A stretch of 63,845 nucleotides of DNA, filler included, from Polymyxa betae A26-41 (GCA_003693705.1; 8 parts of 8 records of this genome joined end to end with filler, not necessarily neighbours in it), one strand, 5' to 3'. Positions 1-12,411 are shown, counted from the whole stretch's first letter. Translations and numbers: made by a program. The notes: generated from the sequence alone by a model not told the origin.

Positions 1-443
1 GGTCGCACGCGAACCAACTCGGTCGCACGACAAGTTGAGTGTTTGGTGGAGAGGACCTTACCGCGTTGTGGGGTTTATCTCTGATTGGATCTACATGATT
101 GAGGATTTGATCGATGGGACTCGGCTCGAAGTCCATGTTACACGTCTTAAGTTGTATTCTGACAGTTCTTTGAATGTCAGTTCTGTTCTCGTTGAAGCGA
201 TACTTCATCAGAAAGGAGCATATTGAAATCGATCGTATTGTCGATGTTCGTTGGAATGAGTTTGAATCTCGTTTCGAGATTCATGTCGAATGGCGAGGAT
301 TCGCCAAGGAAGAGTCTACGTGGGAACCGCTATCTGTTATCTACGCGGACGCACCTCAAGTTGTTCTTGCGTTCTTCTCTGAACGTAAAGATGCTGTTAG
401 CCGCAAGGCATTTGCCTCTCTTCAGGCGGAGGGGGGAATGTAG
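1..443 (+). mobile_element. 3' end of a Ty3/Gypsy chromovirus pol (integrase C-terminal GPY region + chromodomain), frameshifted
   Basis: ORF 35-226 has WRGPYRV...VHVTRLKLY (GPY/F module). Overlapping ORF 174-443 has EIDRIVDVRW...IHVEWRGFAKEESTWEP (chromodomain). The two parts are in different frames. Confidence 0.9.
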
Positions 444-445
444 AG
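428..445 (+). mobile_element. Polypurine tract and start (TG at 439) of the 3' LTR
   Basis: GGAGGGGGGAA followed directly by TGTAGAG at the end of the chromodomain ORF. The LTR end could not be located. Confidence 0.75.
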
Positions 446-589
446 TTTTTATGAAATCTCTTTCTTAATTTTTTTGCTGTGTCTATCTTTATTTTTTCTT
501 GGGTCGATCAACAGTACCCTACTAAATAAAATGACTTCTGCTTTTACATATCTAGCTAGTGTGAGCCTGCTACAAAAATGCATTACTCA

Positions 590-1374
590 GCTTGGAAGAA
601 TTTATGACAATTCTTCAAGAAGTTGACAATCCCAAAAAGCCACAGCATAAGTAGCGTTACCTTTACCTTTGTAAATCAGAGTCTAATATTTATGCTTTAG
701 ATTCGCAGACACTTATTTGGAATTTGAGTCTGAAGGCTGTTTAATCTTAGCTCATATTCGGGTAGATTCAGGCCTGTTTAGGATGTCAAAGCTCTCGGAC
801 AACCATCGAAGACTGGCCGTATCGATGGGAGCTGTTGTGCATGCGCATGAGCTGGTGCATGTTATGGTTGCCAAGAAAAATGGGGAAGCGTTATCTCCGA
901 AAAATGCCCCAAAATTTCGAATTGAATCGTAAGATCGCCATTATGTTTTTTAAATGAGCTGCTATTCATTTGTTGTTGAATAGAACACTTCACTCGGGGT
1001 TTGTATGGGAAAAACATGTATTTGGTGGCTTTCCCTGTGGCGTTTATGCTGAAGAAGGAAATTGGACAGCAATGGCCATACGTTCTTCCTTGAAGGCAAC
1101 GAGGGCGACTGCGTTAACTGACAGCTGGCACGAAAATCTTCATCAGAGGCACCAGGTTGATCCGTATGTGTTATCGGAGTCAACTTCGTCGTTTTTAAAT
1201 CCAGATCTTGGCCTAACCAATAGAAGAAAGCATAATCTTCGATTGACGCGTGCTCGTACTGTTGAGGAGCGGGACGAAATTAAATTCTCAAATTCATTCA
1301 GTCTATTGAGTTTGGAATATATTCTGGCTCAGTTTTTCACTATGAGCATGGTGAAGATAGTCCAGCCTTCATGA
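590..1374 (+). CDS. Spliced HExxH zincin-like putative metalloprotease (5' end uncertain)
   Basis: AVVHAHELVHVMV in ORF 717-932. GT-AG intron 929-983 joins in frame to STLHSGFVWEKHVFGG, a SG-x3-E-x3-FGG motif that could supply the third Zn ligand. A further probable intron ends at 700. Confidence 0.55.
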
Positions 1375-2518
1375 TCATATTTTTGATCCTTGTGATCTTG
1401 AAAAAACCGATTATTATGCAGCAAATTTTGAGCTGCATGAGATCATCAGGGAGGGTTGTGTGCATTATTTGAGTGGCTCTTCTCCCTTTTTTTTATTGTC
1501 GAAACGTTGGTTGCGTCTCATGATTTCGTCTTCGCTGTTTGTTGCGCTCAAAGCTGATTCACAGTGTGTTCTTCTTGCTACAGCTGAAAGGCTGTTTTTA
1601 AATTGGGGCATTAGCGCAAAACCAAATTTTGGTAAGAGTTGGTGTATTCTTTATATGTAGACCACTGTTGTAGGGGGGCTACGTGGATTCACTTGCCAGT
1701 GCTTGGCTTACGAATCCAAGTTTTGGTTTGCAATACAATACTGCATAGTCTCGTTCCATTGGGCGAAATGTTGCGTAGAGCTGTGTTTGATGGTGTGTTG
1801 ACATCAAGTTTAACGTGTGGTTTTGTCAACGTTATAATACAACTTAATAGTGATGTTGTTGCGTGCCAGTGTACTGTGGTAAAGAGTGGTCTGCGAGTTA
1901 GGGTTTTGGTTTTGTAGAATGTGCTGGTTCCTAGACATTTGAGTGTCAATTTAATTGGTGAGTGTTTTTGGAAACAATGGATGTTTTGTGTCGTGCGATA
2001 TAAAATCTCAAATGGTCGTGCTTATATAAGCGTTTTGTCTGGCAAATGTACTTCGCAGGAGATTGCATTTTCAGGTTGCAAGTTTGCTTGAATCCATAGC
2101 CTGAGCAATTCCACAAACCAGAGGGAATGGGCCAAAATCGGGTCAGTGTTTGTCTTGCCCAATCCACCGTCGGCGCCCATCTTGGTCCATATAACTAAGA
2201 CCATGGAGCGGTCGGAGGGGCCCCCAACACCCTCTCGACCGACATCGACTGGGACGGACGGAACGCACTCTACCGGCCTTTATTTGGCCAGCGTATACTT
2301 CTGGTTAAAAATCCGTTTGCCAGAATTATAGCCGACTGCGATCTAGGCGCAATTTTTTTCATCCACAAAATACTGACCAAATGGCTACAAACGTTGATAA
2401 GCGCAAAACATTCTGCGTAGAAAGCGCAGCCTGCGAAATGACCAAGCCAATCCAAATCCAGTCACGCACACTACGCAAAATCTGACTTCATTCCTGTCTT
2501 CTCATCTCCATCATAGAG

Positions 2519-4137
2519 ATGACCAGCATCATTAGGGTCGCTGTCGTCCTGGTCCTCGCGGTCGCGCGTATCTGCGCCCTTACTGAATCTGACGCTCAGC
2601 TTCAGGTTGAACGTTTACATGCCACTTTCGAGTCCCGTCGGCACGGACTCGATCTGCGAGAATGATATCGCGATGGTGGATCAACTGACCCATCATTACT
2701 CGTCGGCGCTGCCGTCATCATCGTCTTCTTCACTCCCAATCGGGCTTTTATTCAAATCGAAACTCCGAACTGCCCTTATTAAACATTTGCTGCATCCTAC
2801 CAGCATTCATAAAGTCCTATTTGGTGCGATACTGCTGGCGCTGCATCCTCCTGCCTCACTTGATCTCGTTACTCTACTACTGAATCGAGCTCAGCAGGAG
2901 CCTCAATTTCAGTTCCGTGGTTATTATAGCCTCATCATACCCAAGATGAAGAAGGCAGATATTGAGAAGCTTATCCAGACCCTCCTCAATAATTTTGTGC
3001 TTTCCGAAAAGACTAGATCACCATTGGATGCAGAAACTGTTCGAAGTTCAACGCAACGTTTTGCTTAAGACCTTCTCAAACATGCTTCAATGCAATTCCG
3101 TCAAAAGATTTCTGCTGAAACTTCTGTTTTGTTAACTCCATTCTGGTGGACGGAATTCTTCGACTACGAGCTGATATGTCACAAATCGGGCGAATCGATT
3201 CGTGTTCTGCTCTCACCAGACTGCGATCAGGACGCTTTTATCCAAGAGGCCGTTGTTCGGGGATGTCTCCGATTTTGCGAAAACAACTCCGCAATTCCTG
3301 ATTTTGTGACTTTGTGGAATGGCGTTCCCTACCCCGAACTCAGCAAGTATTTTATTCCGGTTTTCGTGGACTGATCATTGATTGTTTTCAAGGCCGATTG
3401 AAGAGCTGCTGTTCGCAACGGATTTTTCCCGGCAAATGAGCCATGCTCGCAGACTCCGTGACCGTGATATCTGGCTTGATATTCGGGATATTTTCACCGT
3501 ATTTCAAGCAATCATTATCCATACGGAGTAATAGGGCATATCTGTTCTCAATCTGTATTTCTGACTGCTTTCAAGGAAACTGCTTCCCACTCGCCGGAAT
3601 GTTTTCGACCGATTCCAGACTCAAGGTCTGTGAACTTCGATTTTCTTTTCTGAATTTTTATTTTCCTAATTTGTGCAATATTTGGGGTCGTTTTAATCGT
3701 GATGAAATCTGTCGTGATTTGATGGTGTACTCATTATCCCTCTGTAGTGTCGATTTGCGACCGATCGGAAATATGCATTTAGTATTGATGGATTTACATC
3801 CCGATCTCTACACTCAATATCTTTCCATATCATCGAGACCAACTTCGTCTCAATTTATGGATCTCGCCGATTGTCTGTCTGCAAGGTCCGCACTTTTCAT
3901 TTTACGAAACTTTGCGAAAATTTTCATCTAAACCCGATTGCGTCCGAGCTGATCGACCCGACGATTTTCTACCAAGTCTTTGGACGGTTTGGTAGTAGGT
4001 GGTCGTCCATATTTCACTTATTAGAAATAACATCGGAAACGGGCACCTATCCGGATCATGGTCTTCGTAATATCTTCAATGTGGTTCTTGGCGCCCTTCC
4101 GGCTCTTCGTAAAGACATTGCTGCAGAGATATATCCA
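2519..4137 (+). pseudogene. Disrupted secreted-protein (effector-like) gene
   Basis: ATG at 2519 gives MTSIIRVAVVLVLAVARICALTESD (signal-peptide-like). It is followed by a chain of same-strand ORFs (2607, 3090, 3443, 3871) broken by stops and frameshifts, and runs into the gap. Confidence 0.5.
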
Positions 4138-4237
4138 NNNNNNNNNNNNNNNNNNNNNNNNNNNNNNNNNNNNNNNNNNNNTTAATTAATTAANNNNNNN
4201 NNNNNNNNNNNNNNNNNNNNNNNNNNNNNNNNNNNNN
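4138..4237. other. Artificial contig linker (N44-TTAATTAATTAA-N44)
   Basis: Stop codons in all six frames flanked by Ns; the same 100-nt block occurs seven times in the window. Confidence 0.98.
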
Positions 4238-4749
4238 TGAAATGAAGAAGAAAGTGATTCAAATTCAATGAGATGAGTTAATCTATCAAATACATCCATC
4301 TGTCAAGCACATCATGTTATAAAGATATGTGCAGACATCATATCACCAATGTCTGCCGTGGTCACTGAAATGCAACAGATCGATCCGATTGGAACTGTTT
4401 ATGTGGATCGTGCTGTCCGACGAGCAAGTGCGATCCTTCGAGACGAGATGAGATAGACAATCAGACATTCTGCGACCACAATGGTCAGAAGCATACTTAC
4501 CTTGCGAGCATAGTTTGTAGTACCGCCAGCGATGCTTCGCCAGATGCTCAAGCGCTTCACTTGCTCTCGCAATGCAAAACGTGAAGCAAACTCATTTGAA
4601 ACTGTATCAGGGAGTGATTCTGCCATAAAACCCATTAAGATGTCGTCTGGTCGTATGGAAGTTGGATAAAGCTGTCCTGGGAGAGTCTTGCAACGACAAT
4701 GTCAAGCTTAAGAACGTGACGACCATCTATCATTTATGGAATTACAATT

Positions 4750-5874
4750 TCATTGTTCTGGGATCAGCTGCTGCCAATGACGTCGTCCTTTTGCTGTTAG
4801 CTGCAGGCGAGTGTCAACACTGGCTCTAAAGGCACCTGTCGTATTTTCGCTGGCACAATGCACTGTCTTTACATTAAACAGAAAGATATCACCTGGCCCA
4901 ATCTCTCCTTCGGGAATATATAAAGTCGATTCCTTATTATATGTTGCCGGGACCTCACTTTGACTCTTTCGTGCGCGATCAAAACCGGTTAACTTCTGCG
5001 ATCCTGGAACAAATGCCAGAGTGCTGTCAGCAAGACTGATATCACTTAGCGAGGTCCAGCAAGTGTAAATATAGATGGGACTATCGGCACAATGTGAGCA
5101 TTGCCAGTTCTTGCTGGGTGTTCGTGCAGGTCTGTCAATACAATCCAGATGACATGGTCGATGACAAAGTCCACAGATTCGTTTGGATGTGGTTGCTGTT
5201 GTGTGACACACCAAACAGAGGTCATCACTGTCTTGGCGGTTCTCAGAGTTGCTATAGTTCTCGAACATATCAGTCGATTTCTTGAAGTAATAATAGTCTG
5301 CATGCTCAATAGTCACATCTCCTAAAAAACATTAATAGATTCATACAATACTATTTAAGATAACAGCACCTTTGCCCTTCAGTCGAAGCCATGTATTTTC
5401 AGGCAGGGTCTCGTACATGTCAGGTCCATCGAATATCTCGCTTAGAAATGATCGCAAAGCTGATCCATCATAGATATCACGCATAGTAGACGATATGCCA
5501 ACTTGTAGCCAGCCATCAACATCATCATCACGTTCGTCGACAAGGCCTCCAGATTGTGCATCAACCGTATAGCCAGGTACGAGCCCTCCTCTTGGCTTAG
5601 AGGCAATAATACCATCACGGTAATCAGTGCCCGGAGCAATCGCTCCTTTGTCCTTCACTGTCTCCAACAACAGATGACGAGCACGTAAAGCAGTCCTGCG
5701 AGGGACAACTCCTCGAATAAACACGAAACCATCCTCAACTAAGCGTTGGCGGAGAGCAGGCAAATCTCTGTTAGCCCATAACTCCCTGGAATCGTTAACC
5801 CTCTTTAAAGTGTTGTAATCAACAGTTCGATTGCCCAACCGCACATTGGAGGTGGACTTCTGTCGCCTTGACAT
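4750..5874 (-). CDS. PhyH-family 2OG-Fe(II) dioxygenase with an internal PHD finger (2 exons, intron 5322-5369)
   Basis: LRQRLVEDGFVFIRGVV (PhyH N-terminus), HAD (HxD), YTCWTSLSD...LAFVPGS, GDIFLFNVKTVH...RASVDTR (distal His, 2OG-binding Arg). A C4HC3 PHD finger lies between HxD and the distal His. The 48-nt GT-AG intron joins KGKG-DVTIEHAD in frame. Confidence 0.85.
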
Positions 5875-6326
5875 TCAGATGGCAAAATCAAACGAAGCCC
5901 AGAGAATTATGTGCGCTATTAGTCTATAACTGACATAAACAACACTGCGAGTTTCTTGATTACTTTTTTAATTTTTTTTAGCGCGGGAGATTTCCTGTGC
6001 TTTTCGTTCATTACTACTACATATTTCGGATCTGGAGCTGATCTTGGAGTGCTGTTATTGATTTCGTTGATTTCTGTCAACGATGGAGCCGTATTTAGAG
6101 GCTTCTTGCGTATCTTGTTTACTACTCTTTCGGGGGCTAGACCTCGTCAGATTTTGAATTGGCTGCAAACTCAAAATCTGATCCGATTTGCTCTTCGACA
6201 AATCTAACATCAATTATTTGCAACGGAAAAAATCAAGATATAAGATGCAATCCGCAATAGGTCTCTCTCGAATAGAAAGTATAATGACAGATGTTATCAT
6301 TAACAGTTGCAATTTATCATTTAACA

Positions 6327-8610
6327 TCAATTAGCCCCGGGTGTATCCTCTTCACCCTGGTCCTGACCAACACCCTCCTTCGCGGCAATAGCTTCGTCGC
6401 CGGCAGCGATCATCTCGTAGAACTGACGCTCAATTTCAGCCAGCTGGCTCGACTTGTTGTCAGACACCGCCTCTTGCTCTGAATTGGTGATTTCGCTAGC
6501 TCCAGGCGGAAGCTAATACACAGAATGAATGTCACAATTGATGCAAAACTACGTCAAATACCTTGCTAGTCTTTCTTTCTCTCTTCATCTGTAGTGATCG
6601 TAATTCAAGGTTCTTTTCCCGTTTGTTCTCCCGCTCGAACATTTGTGTGATCAATTGCTTTTCGTTATTTTGAGGTTCATATAGACTCGGGCAAACTTCC
6701 AACAGAGTTGTGCTACCTACATCACTGTCAATCTACGATTGCCTGGTCTGATTTGAAAGTTAACTAACCATCGGATGCACCAACTGCAACTAGACGTCCT
6801 TCGCTCTGTACAGCAATCGAACTTAGACTGACTTCTCCAACCTAAACCGCATCAATTGGAATGTTTGGAATCATGAGTCAAGAAGGCTACCCTTGTGGTG
6901 AATACTGGATCGTTATGGCGATAGAACAGATCCCAGATATCCAATGTCCCATTCAGTTTGGTTGTGTAGAAGACACCGGGTCGTGTTGGGGACCAACATC
7001 TATGATGAAGGCTTTTCAGATGCATTTTTTATACGGCACAGAATCAATCACCCAGCGGTCAGATACGATTGCTCGAATCGGGTGGATAAGATTGGCGATT
7101 TCAGATCTTCCATCCAGATCTTGGTAGTCCAGTCGCCAACTGATAAGAAGAATTTTAAATTCAATGGATTCCTCTGTCGGAAAGAAATGTCAAGACTTGG
7201 AGAACCATCTTCAAAGAGGCATCTGACCTGAACTGTATATACAGGGCCATGATGTCGGTTGCCTTCTTCACCATAAAGCATTCGAATCGATTTCTGGCTG
7301 TCGAAATCTTTCTTGGCCTTTCTCTCGATATTCAGAATCGCACCCTGCTCGGTCCCGACGAGGAATCGGGTGGCGCCCGCATCTGATCGATACTCGAGAG
7401 CAGTGCCGCCGAAGGTATCCGACTCCGATTCCGGATTCGACATCAACATGGAATCGGTCGGGCCTGCACGATTCATCAACGATTTCTCGCTCAACGCATG
7501 CATCAAACTGTACCTGATGCGAGCTTGCGAATATCCCACCATAATATGTGGCCATCGGTTGAGACTGAGCAGCATTCATTACCAGATCGGCTCTGAATCC
7601 ATTGAATCTGGTAAACGGGATCATGATGTGATTTCTCTACGACCGATTTCTCCACAGGCGATGATCCTAAAATATGGAGTGAGAATTCTTCTGCCAACAG
7701 CCTTCAATGGATGATCAAACCTTTACGAATATCCCAGAAACTGATGAGACCGTTATAGCTCCCACCGACCAAGTAATCGGCATTTTTCGGATTGTATGCA
7801 ATGGAACATAACGGTGATGGTGGAACCAGTTCGAGGCAAGGATTTGTTGGATTATTGACGTCCCAAATATAGGACGATACTGGTAGATCTTGTGGCATTT
7901 GCTGGAACGAGAGAACAGCATAGGATACTAATGGGAAATGCTTTTTGAACAATGACAATCGCCGGATCTGGACCATACCTGCTAATTTCGAGGCACCATC
8001 TGGATGCCATGAGATCTGGGTTGCAGACCGATGAATCGGGTTCGGATCTCTAAATACGGTCAAGGTTTTTGCTGACGGCGGCTCTGGAGCGTGATCCGTG
8101 AACGATCCTAGACAGCGATGATGTTTGATTTTATACAAGAAAGTGTATTGCCGACCTGTGAAGTATTCTTCGTACATATCGATAGTGTTGTTCTGCATTA
8201 CAACCTTCTCAGATATTCCAACGAGAGACTTTACTGAAGTTCGGTACGAATCCTCGTTTTCAACACGCCGTAGATGACGTTCTCGCTCCTTGAATTCAGC
8301 CGAATTAACCTCCTTGGGCCATCCACCTGTTGGCATCAACAAAGCAGACCAAGTGCACAAGCAGGGCTCGGGTACCTTCACCATGAAACATAACTTGGTC
8401 TTTCTGGACAAAACGTTCAGTATTGACAGAATTTTCTGTCATCTGCGGTATGCAGGACAGCTGGGTCAAAGTCGATTGTCGTTGGACCCATTGTGGATCT
8501 GGGCCAGGTATAGAGGGAATAGACTCCATGACGAAGGCGCCCATGTCATCGAACGACGGATGCCTTCCGAATTCTTTCCGCTTCTTGATATAGTCGTACG
8601 AGATTTCCAT
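6327..8610 (-). CDS. DNAI2: Axonemal outer-arm dynein intermediate chain 2 (IC2/ODA6-like, WD40), multi-exon
   Basis: MEISYDYIKKRKEFGRHP, HGEGGWPKEV, QNNTIDMYEEYF, SYIWDVNNP, GGSYNG, FLVGTEQG, HHGPVY, FLSVGDWT. Short GT-AG introns link the ORF pieces; stop TGA at 6327-6329. Confidence 0.93.
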
Positions 8611-8744
8611 GGCCACGACTAATGAATGAAGGCGATGGTCAGTGTGCCGAGCATTCACTACAACTGGTTGATGATGTAACAAAGAGACATGACACTATAC
8701 AGTCTATAATACAACATGATATGGTAGGTTAGTTCACGGCTCTA

Positions 8745-10740
8745 TTAATAATTAGTAACGGCGATCACATTACGATGAGGCTTGCCGCCATTAGATGCCT
8801 TCCTTTTGGCTAAATTGGCATCAGCACCGGACCTCATGTGGGCTTTTAGACGTGCTCGTGCCATCTTCATGGCTTTCTTCAACCCCTTGGTCGATTCAGC
8901 TTGTCCCGGCGTCGCTCCAGGCGATATAGTCGATAGCAGAAGGGGATCAGGCGATGTCTTCTGTGATAAAGGGCCACGATCCGGTCGGGTGATTTGCAGG
9001 TCAGGAACCTTCAAGCATTCAAAGAATTTGTCCTGGTCTGTATCGGGTGGCGGATGGCAGTACAACAGCCGGCCATATGTGAAATCTTTCAAAACGTATC
9101 GGGACGCCATGGCTTCATCGGGAAGACCACGCCCAGTCACCAGACCACGAACCCGAGCAAATTCGGACAAGATCTCGCTGGATGTCGCCGCCTTATCCAA
9201 ATCGGCAAATCGCAACCCGTAAAGGTTTACGAACTGACGCTTGTGAACACGACGAGCCACCAGATTACAGGCAGATTGATAATCGCGAAGACGATCAATT
9301 GGGATGATCCCGTTGCATACCAAATCGGCTTGAGAGTTCATAAATGTTGGGAATACCAGACCAGGGCAGTCGCATAAGGTGATAGATTCGTTCAGGATCA
9401 GCGTTTGGAAATGTCGCGTCTTACCCGGCATTGCTGCCACACCAACTTTCTTCTCTCCCATTAACGCCTATTTATAATCTTTTCAATAAGGAGGAAAAAT
9501 AGAAATGATCAGCTTACATTAATGATGGAACTTTTACCAACGTTTGGGTAGCCCACTAGACCCACAGTGATGGATTTCTCATGATCGGAGACGTCTTCAC
9601 AGTGCCAGAACGTTTTCAAAAAATTTCTCATTAGCTGCCTGGCGTTTAGAACTGCTTTAGGATCTGAGACGTCCAACTGTTCTTCTTCGGCTGCCTGTTC
9701 ATCACCAACAATATCGTCTTCATTGTGAACCTCGTTGTCGATATCAACATTCGTATCAAGTTCTGGTGCCGCATGCATATCGTCAAAATCGTCGTCGTCC
9801 ACTTCCTCCTCATCATCGGATGACGAGAGGTCAAAATCACTAACGTCTTCACTTTCTGAACACTCTGCTTTTTGGCGTTCTTGAAGTGCGACAGCTTCTT
9901 TGGCAGAAAAGAAGACAAAATTGATATTGTTGTTGGAAAAATACTGAACCCAGTACTGTCGCATCGAGTCAGATAGAAAATCGGCTTTGTTGACGACCAC
10001 AAGGTGTCTCTTATTCGAATCAAGTTCGCTGGCTACCTTCTCCAAATCTTTGCAATAAAACAGCAATGGGTTTCTGGCATCCACAATCTGCACTATCAAA
10101 TCACTTCGTTCGACGACCTGATAAGACAGATCTTAAAAGAAACCCATTTATAAAACTCAGCTTACCCTCCAGAGCTGTCTCCAAACTTCCAAATTCTTTT
10201 CGTATGGAGTTACAGCCAAATTCGATGCCTGCGACATCAGGGCGAGCTCTCGTCTCCAATCTAGAAACGACAATTTCTCGGCCGACTCAAGTTCATCTCG
10301 AGTTGTAGTCGAGTCCCAATCAGGTCGTTTGGGAATCGGAATACTAACATAGTCGTACATTTCAGGATGCATTTCTTCCTTCTGCACAGCGCCATCTAAA
10401 ACGATATCGTTAAAATTTCAAAAAATATTCTCACATTGACCTACTTCCATCATTGATAATCGTGACAGAGCCTCGTTCAGCAGCGAAATCGCGCTGCTCC
10501 ATCATCGCTGTGGCAACAAACTCGTCAAGGTCATTCCTTTCTATAACACTGGCCAGACTAGATCCTTTGTCCATGCCCATCTCGACCATGTGCCGCTACA
10601 AAACGTATCATCACGACGCTATCACGTAGTAGAAACAGATCACTACAAACCTCTTGGCGCTGCTTTCTGGTACGCGGCTTACTGCCAGCATTCTGAATAG
10701 CACGACCTAGGCCAGTTTTGGATTCCTTCTTCTTCCCCAT
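8745..10740 (-). CDS. LSG1: Large subunit GTPase 1 (circularly permuted YlqF/YawG-family GTPase), multi-exon
   Basis: MGKKK..GLGRAI, WRRELA..TPYEKNLEVWRQLWRV, IVQIVDARNPL, NKAD (G4), GYPNVGKSS (G1), PGKTRHFQT (G2), DCPGLVFP (G3). Confidence 0.96.
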
Positions 10741-10982
10741 GATTTATGAATGCAGGACAGCGATTAATCCAGAGAATATTTCTCAAAATGGAACTCCGTG
10801 ACGGCCTGAAATTGACATTTCTGAGAAAAAAACTTTTCTCAGCGCTAATTTCCAGTAAACATTTGCGTGACATACGCAGTAACATCTCTGCGAAAATGGC
10901 AACCTGTAAATGACGATTTCACCATACCGGTCAGAACGCTTGTATTCCTTGTTTATTTTATGACGATTTTGTATTCTGTATT
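10741..10982. promoter_or_regulatory. Probable bidirectional promoter between LSG1 and RMP1/NEPRO
   Basis: About 240 bp between divergent start codons. Contains GAGAAAAAAACTTTTC (~10823-10838), which resembles the RRPE motif. Confidence 0.45.
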
Positions 10983-12143
10983 ATGATTGACATCCATCAG
11001 CAATTGATCTCTGTCCTTGATCTGTATGAAAAATGTCTCACTGTTCTTCCTATTGAACAAGCCGTGCTAAATCGTCTCTTGTATAAGTTCAAAAACGCGC
11101 ATCGTAGAACTGTTTATTTCAGGAAGCTAATTCATGTATGGAAATCGAGCTAAAATTAGATTTGGGATTTATTACCCTCAGGTTCGGAAAGATGTCCAAT
11201 TTGCAAAGTTATCAGACGATGTCGAATTCATCAAGCGAGCTTCTGACGATGAGACGTTTAGGTATGAAGCTACACACGCTCTATCTGAATATTGAGATAT
11301 TGAAGGCATGATAAGTTTTTCACCGAACGCTTAAAAAAGACAGGTTGTAACCTGAATGAAGTTAGTTCTGTGAATCCCATTATTGCAATGCATTGAATAC
11401 TGATTTAGACTCTAACTCTCATTCTGGATTGCAGCTGGTATCCAATTTTATTTGGAGCAATGCTGCCCTTGAATTTCTGATAGATTCATTAGGCATCTGT
11501 TTCAGTTGATGAAGCAGACATTCTTCATGACGATGGCTCTAGCATTTATCTCGATTCTGGCCCGCGTTTTTGTTGTTTTTAGGGCGATTCTTGAATCGTT
11601 ATCCAGGACATTAACGCTATTAAACATAGTTACTCCATGGCAGGAGCCGGCTGATAACCACCTAAGGCAATATCTATGATCGCTCGAATGATAATCTCTA
11701 ACGATTTCGATAGGGTAACAGCTGGCATGTTATCAAACCAATGCGCTATGATAGCACTTCCTAGTAGCCCTGAACGTTCCGAATCTGAATCCGAACCTAG
11801 CTTCGATCCAGTTACTCATGTTATTTCACAAGAGACCTTCAGCGAGGACCTGTTGCTGACTATCACGGCGTTAGAGCAAGGTTGTGAATCTTCTGAAGAA
11901 ATGGCTTGTGAACAAACCGAGACTGGTTTGGATCTCATTCCTGTCAATGAGAGAGTAGCTAATCAATCTGAATTAACTATCCCAGAAATAAGTACCACAA
12001 TAGTAGATAAAGCGGTTCGTGATGAAGCTGAGACCTCGGTTGCTGGCAAGATTTCAGGGCCTGCAAGCAAATCTAGAAAGAAACAAAAATCCAAAAAACG
12101 ACGACGAGACTATGTGGATGAAATTTTTGATATTTTAAACTAA
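10983..12143 (+). CDS. RMP1: RNase MRP protein 1 / NEPRO-like protein, multi-exon
   Basis: My translation from ATG 10983 gives EQAVLNRLLYKFKNAHRRTVYFRKL, then LMKQTFFMTMALAFISILARV. The C-terminus is a basic tract plus DYVDEIF, typical of the RMP1/NEPRO family. Confidence 0.75.
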
Positions 12144-12411
12144 GTGAACAGGTTAATACAAATTTACGTTTCGAGCTGCCAATTTACTTCACCCATAGGC
12201 CATAACATTCAAAAGCGTTATCGCCAAGGCCATGGATAATCATCATGTTATTCAATCATCACAATTGCAAGGAGAGACAATTGCATTTGCAAAGCTGTAC
12301 AGTAATACGACAAATAATGTTTCATTATGAAGGGGTTCCATCCATCCAGTCGGGAATGTCCGCGTTGTTCTGGTCTTCTCTCATTCTCTATATTCTCCTT
12401 ACGTAGTCGTT

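Noticed and set aside
4182-4193. TTAATTAATTAA as a biological repeated motif
   Set aside because: Always centred in 100-nt N blocks; it is a synthetic six-frame-stop linker.
4399-4730. Small spliced minus-strand gene downstream of the dioxygenase
   Set aside because: A GTAAGT donor is present, but I found no convincing start, homology or long spliced frame.
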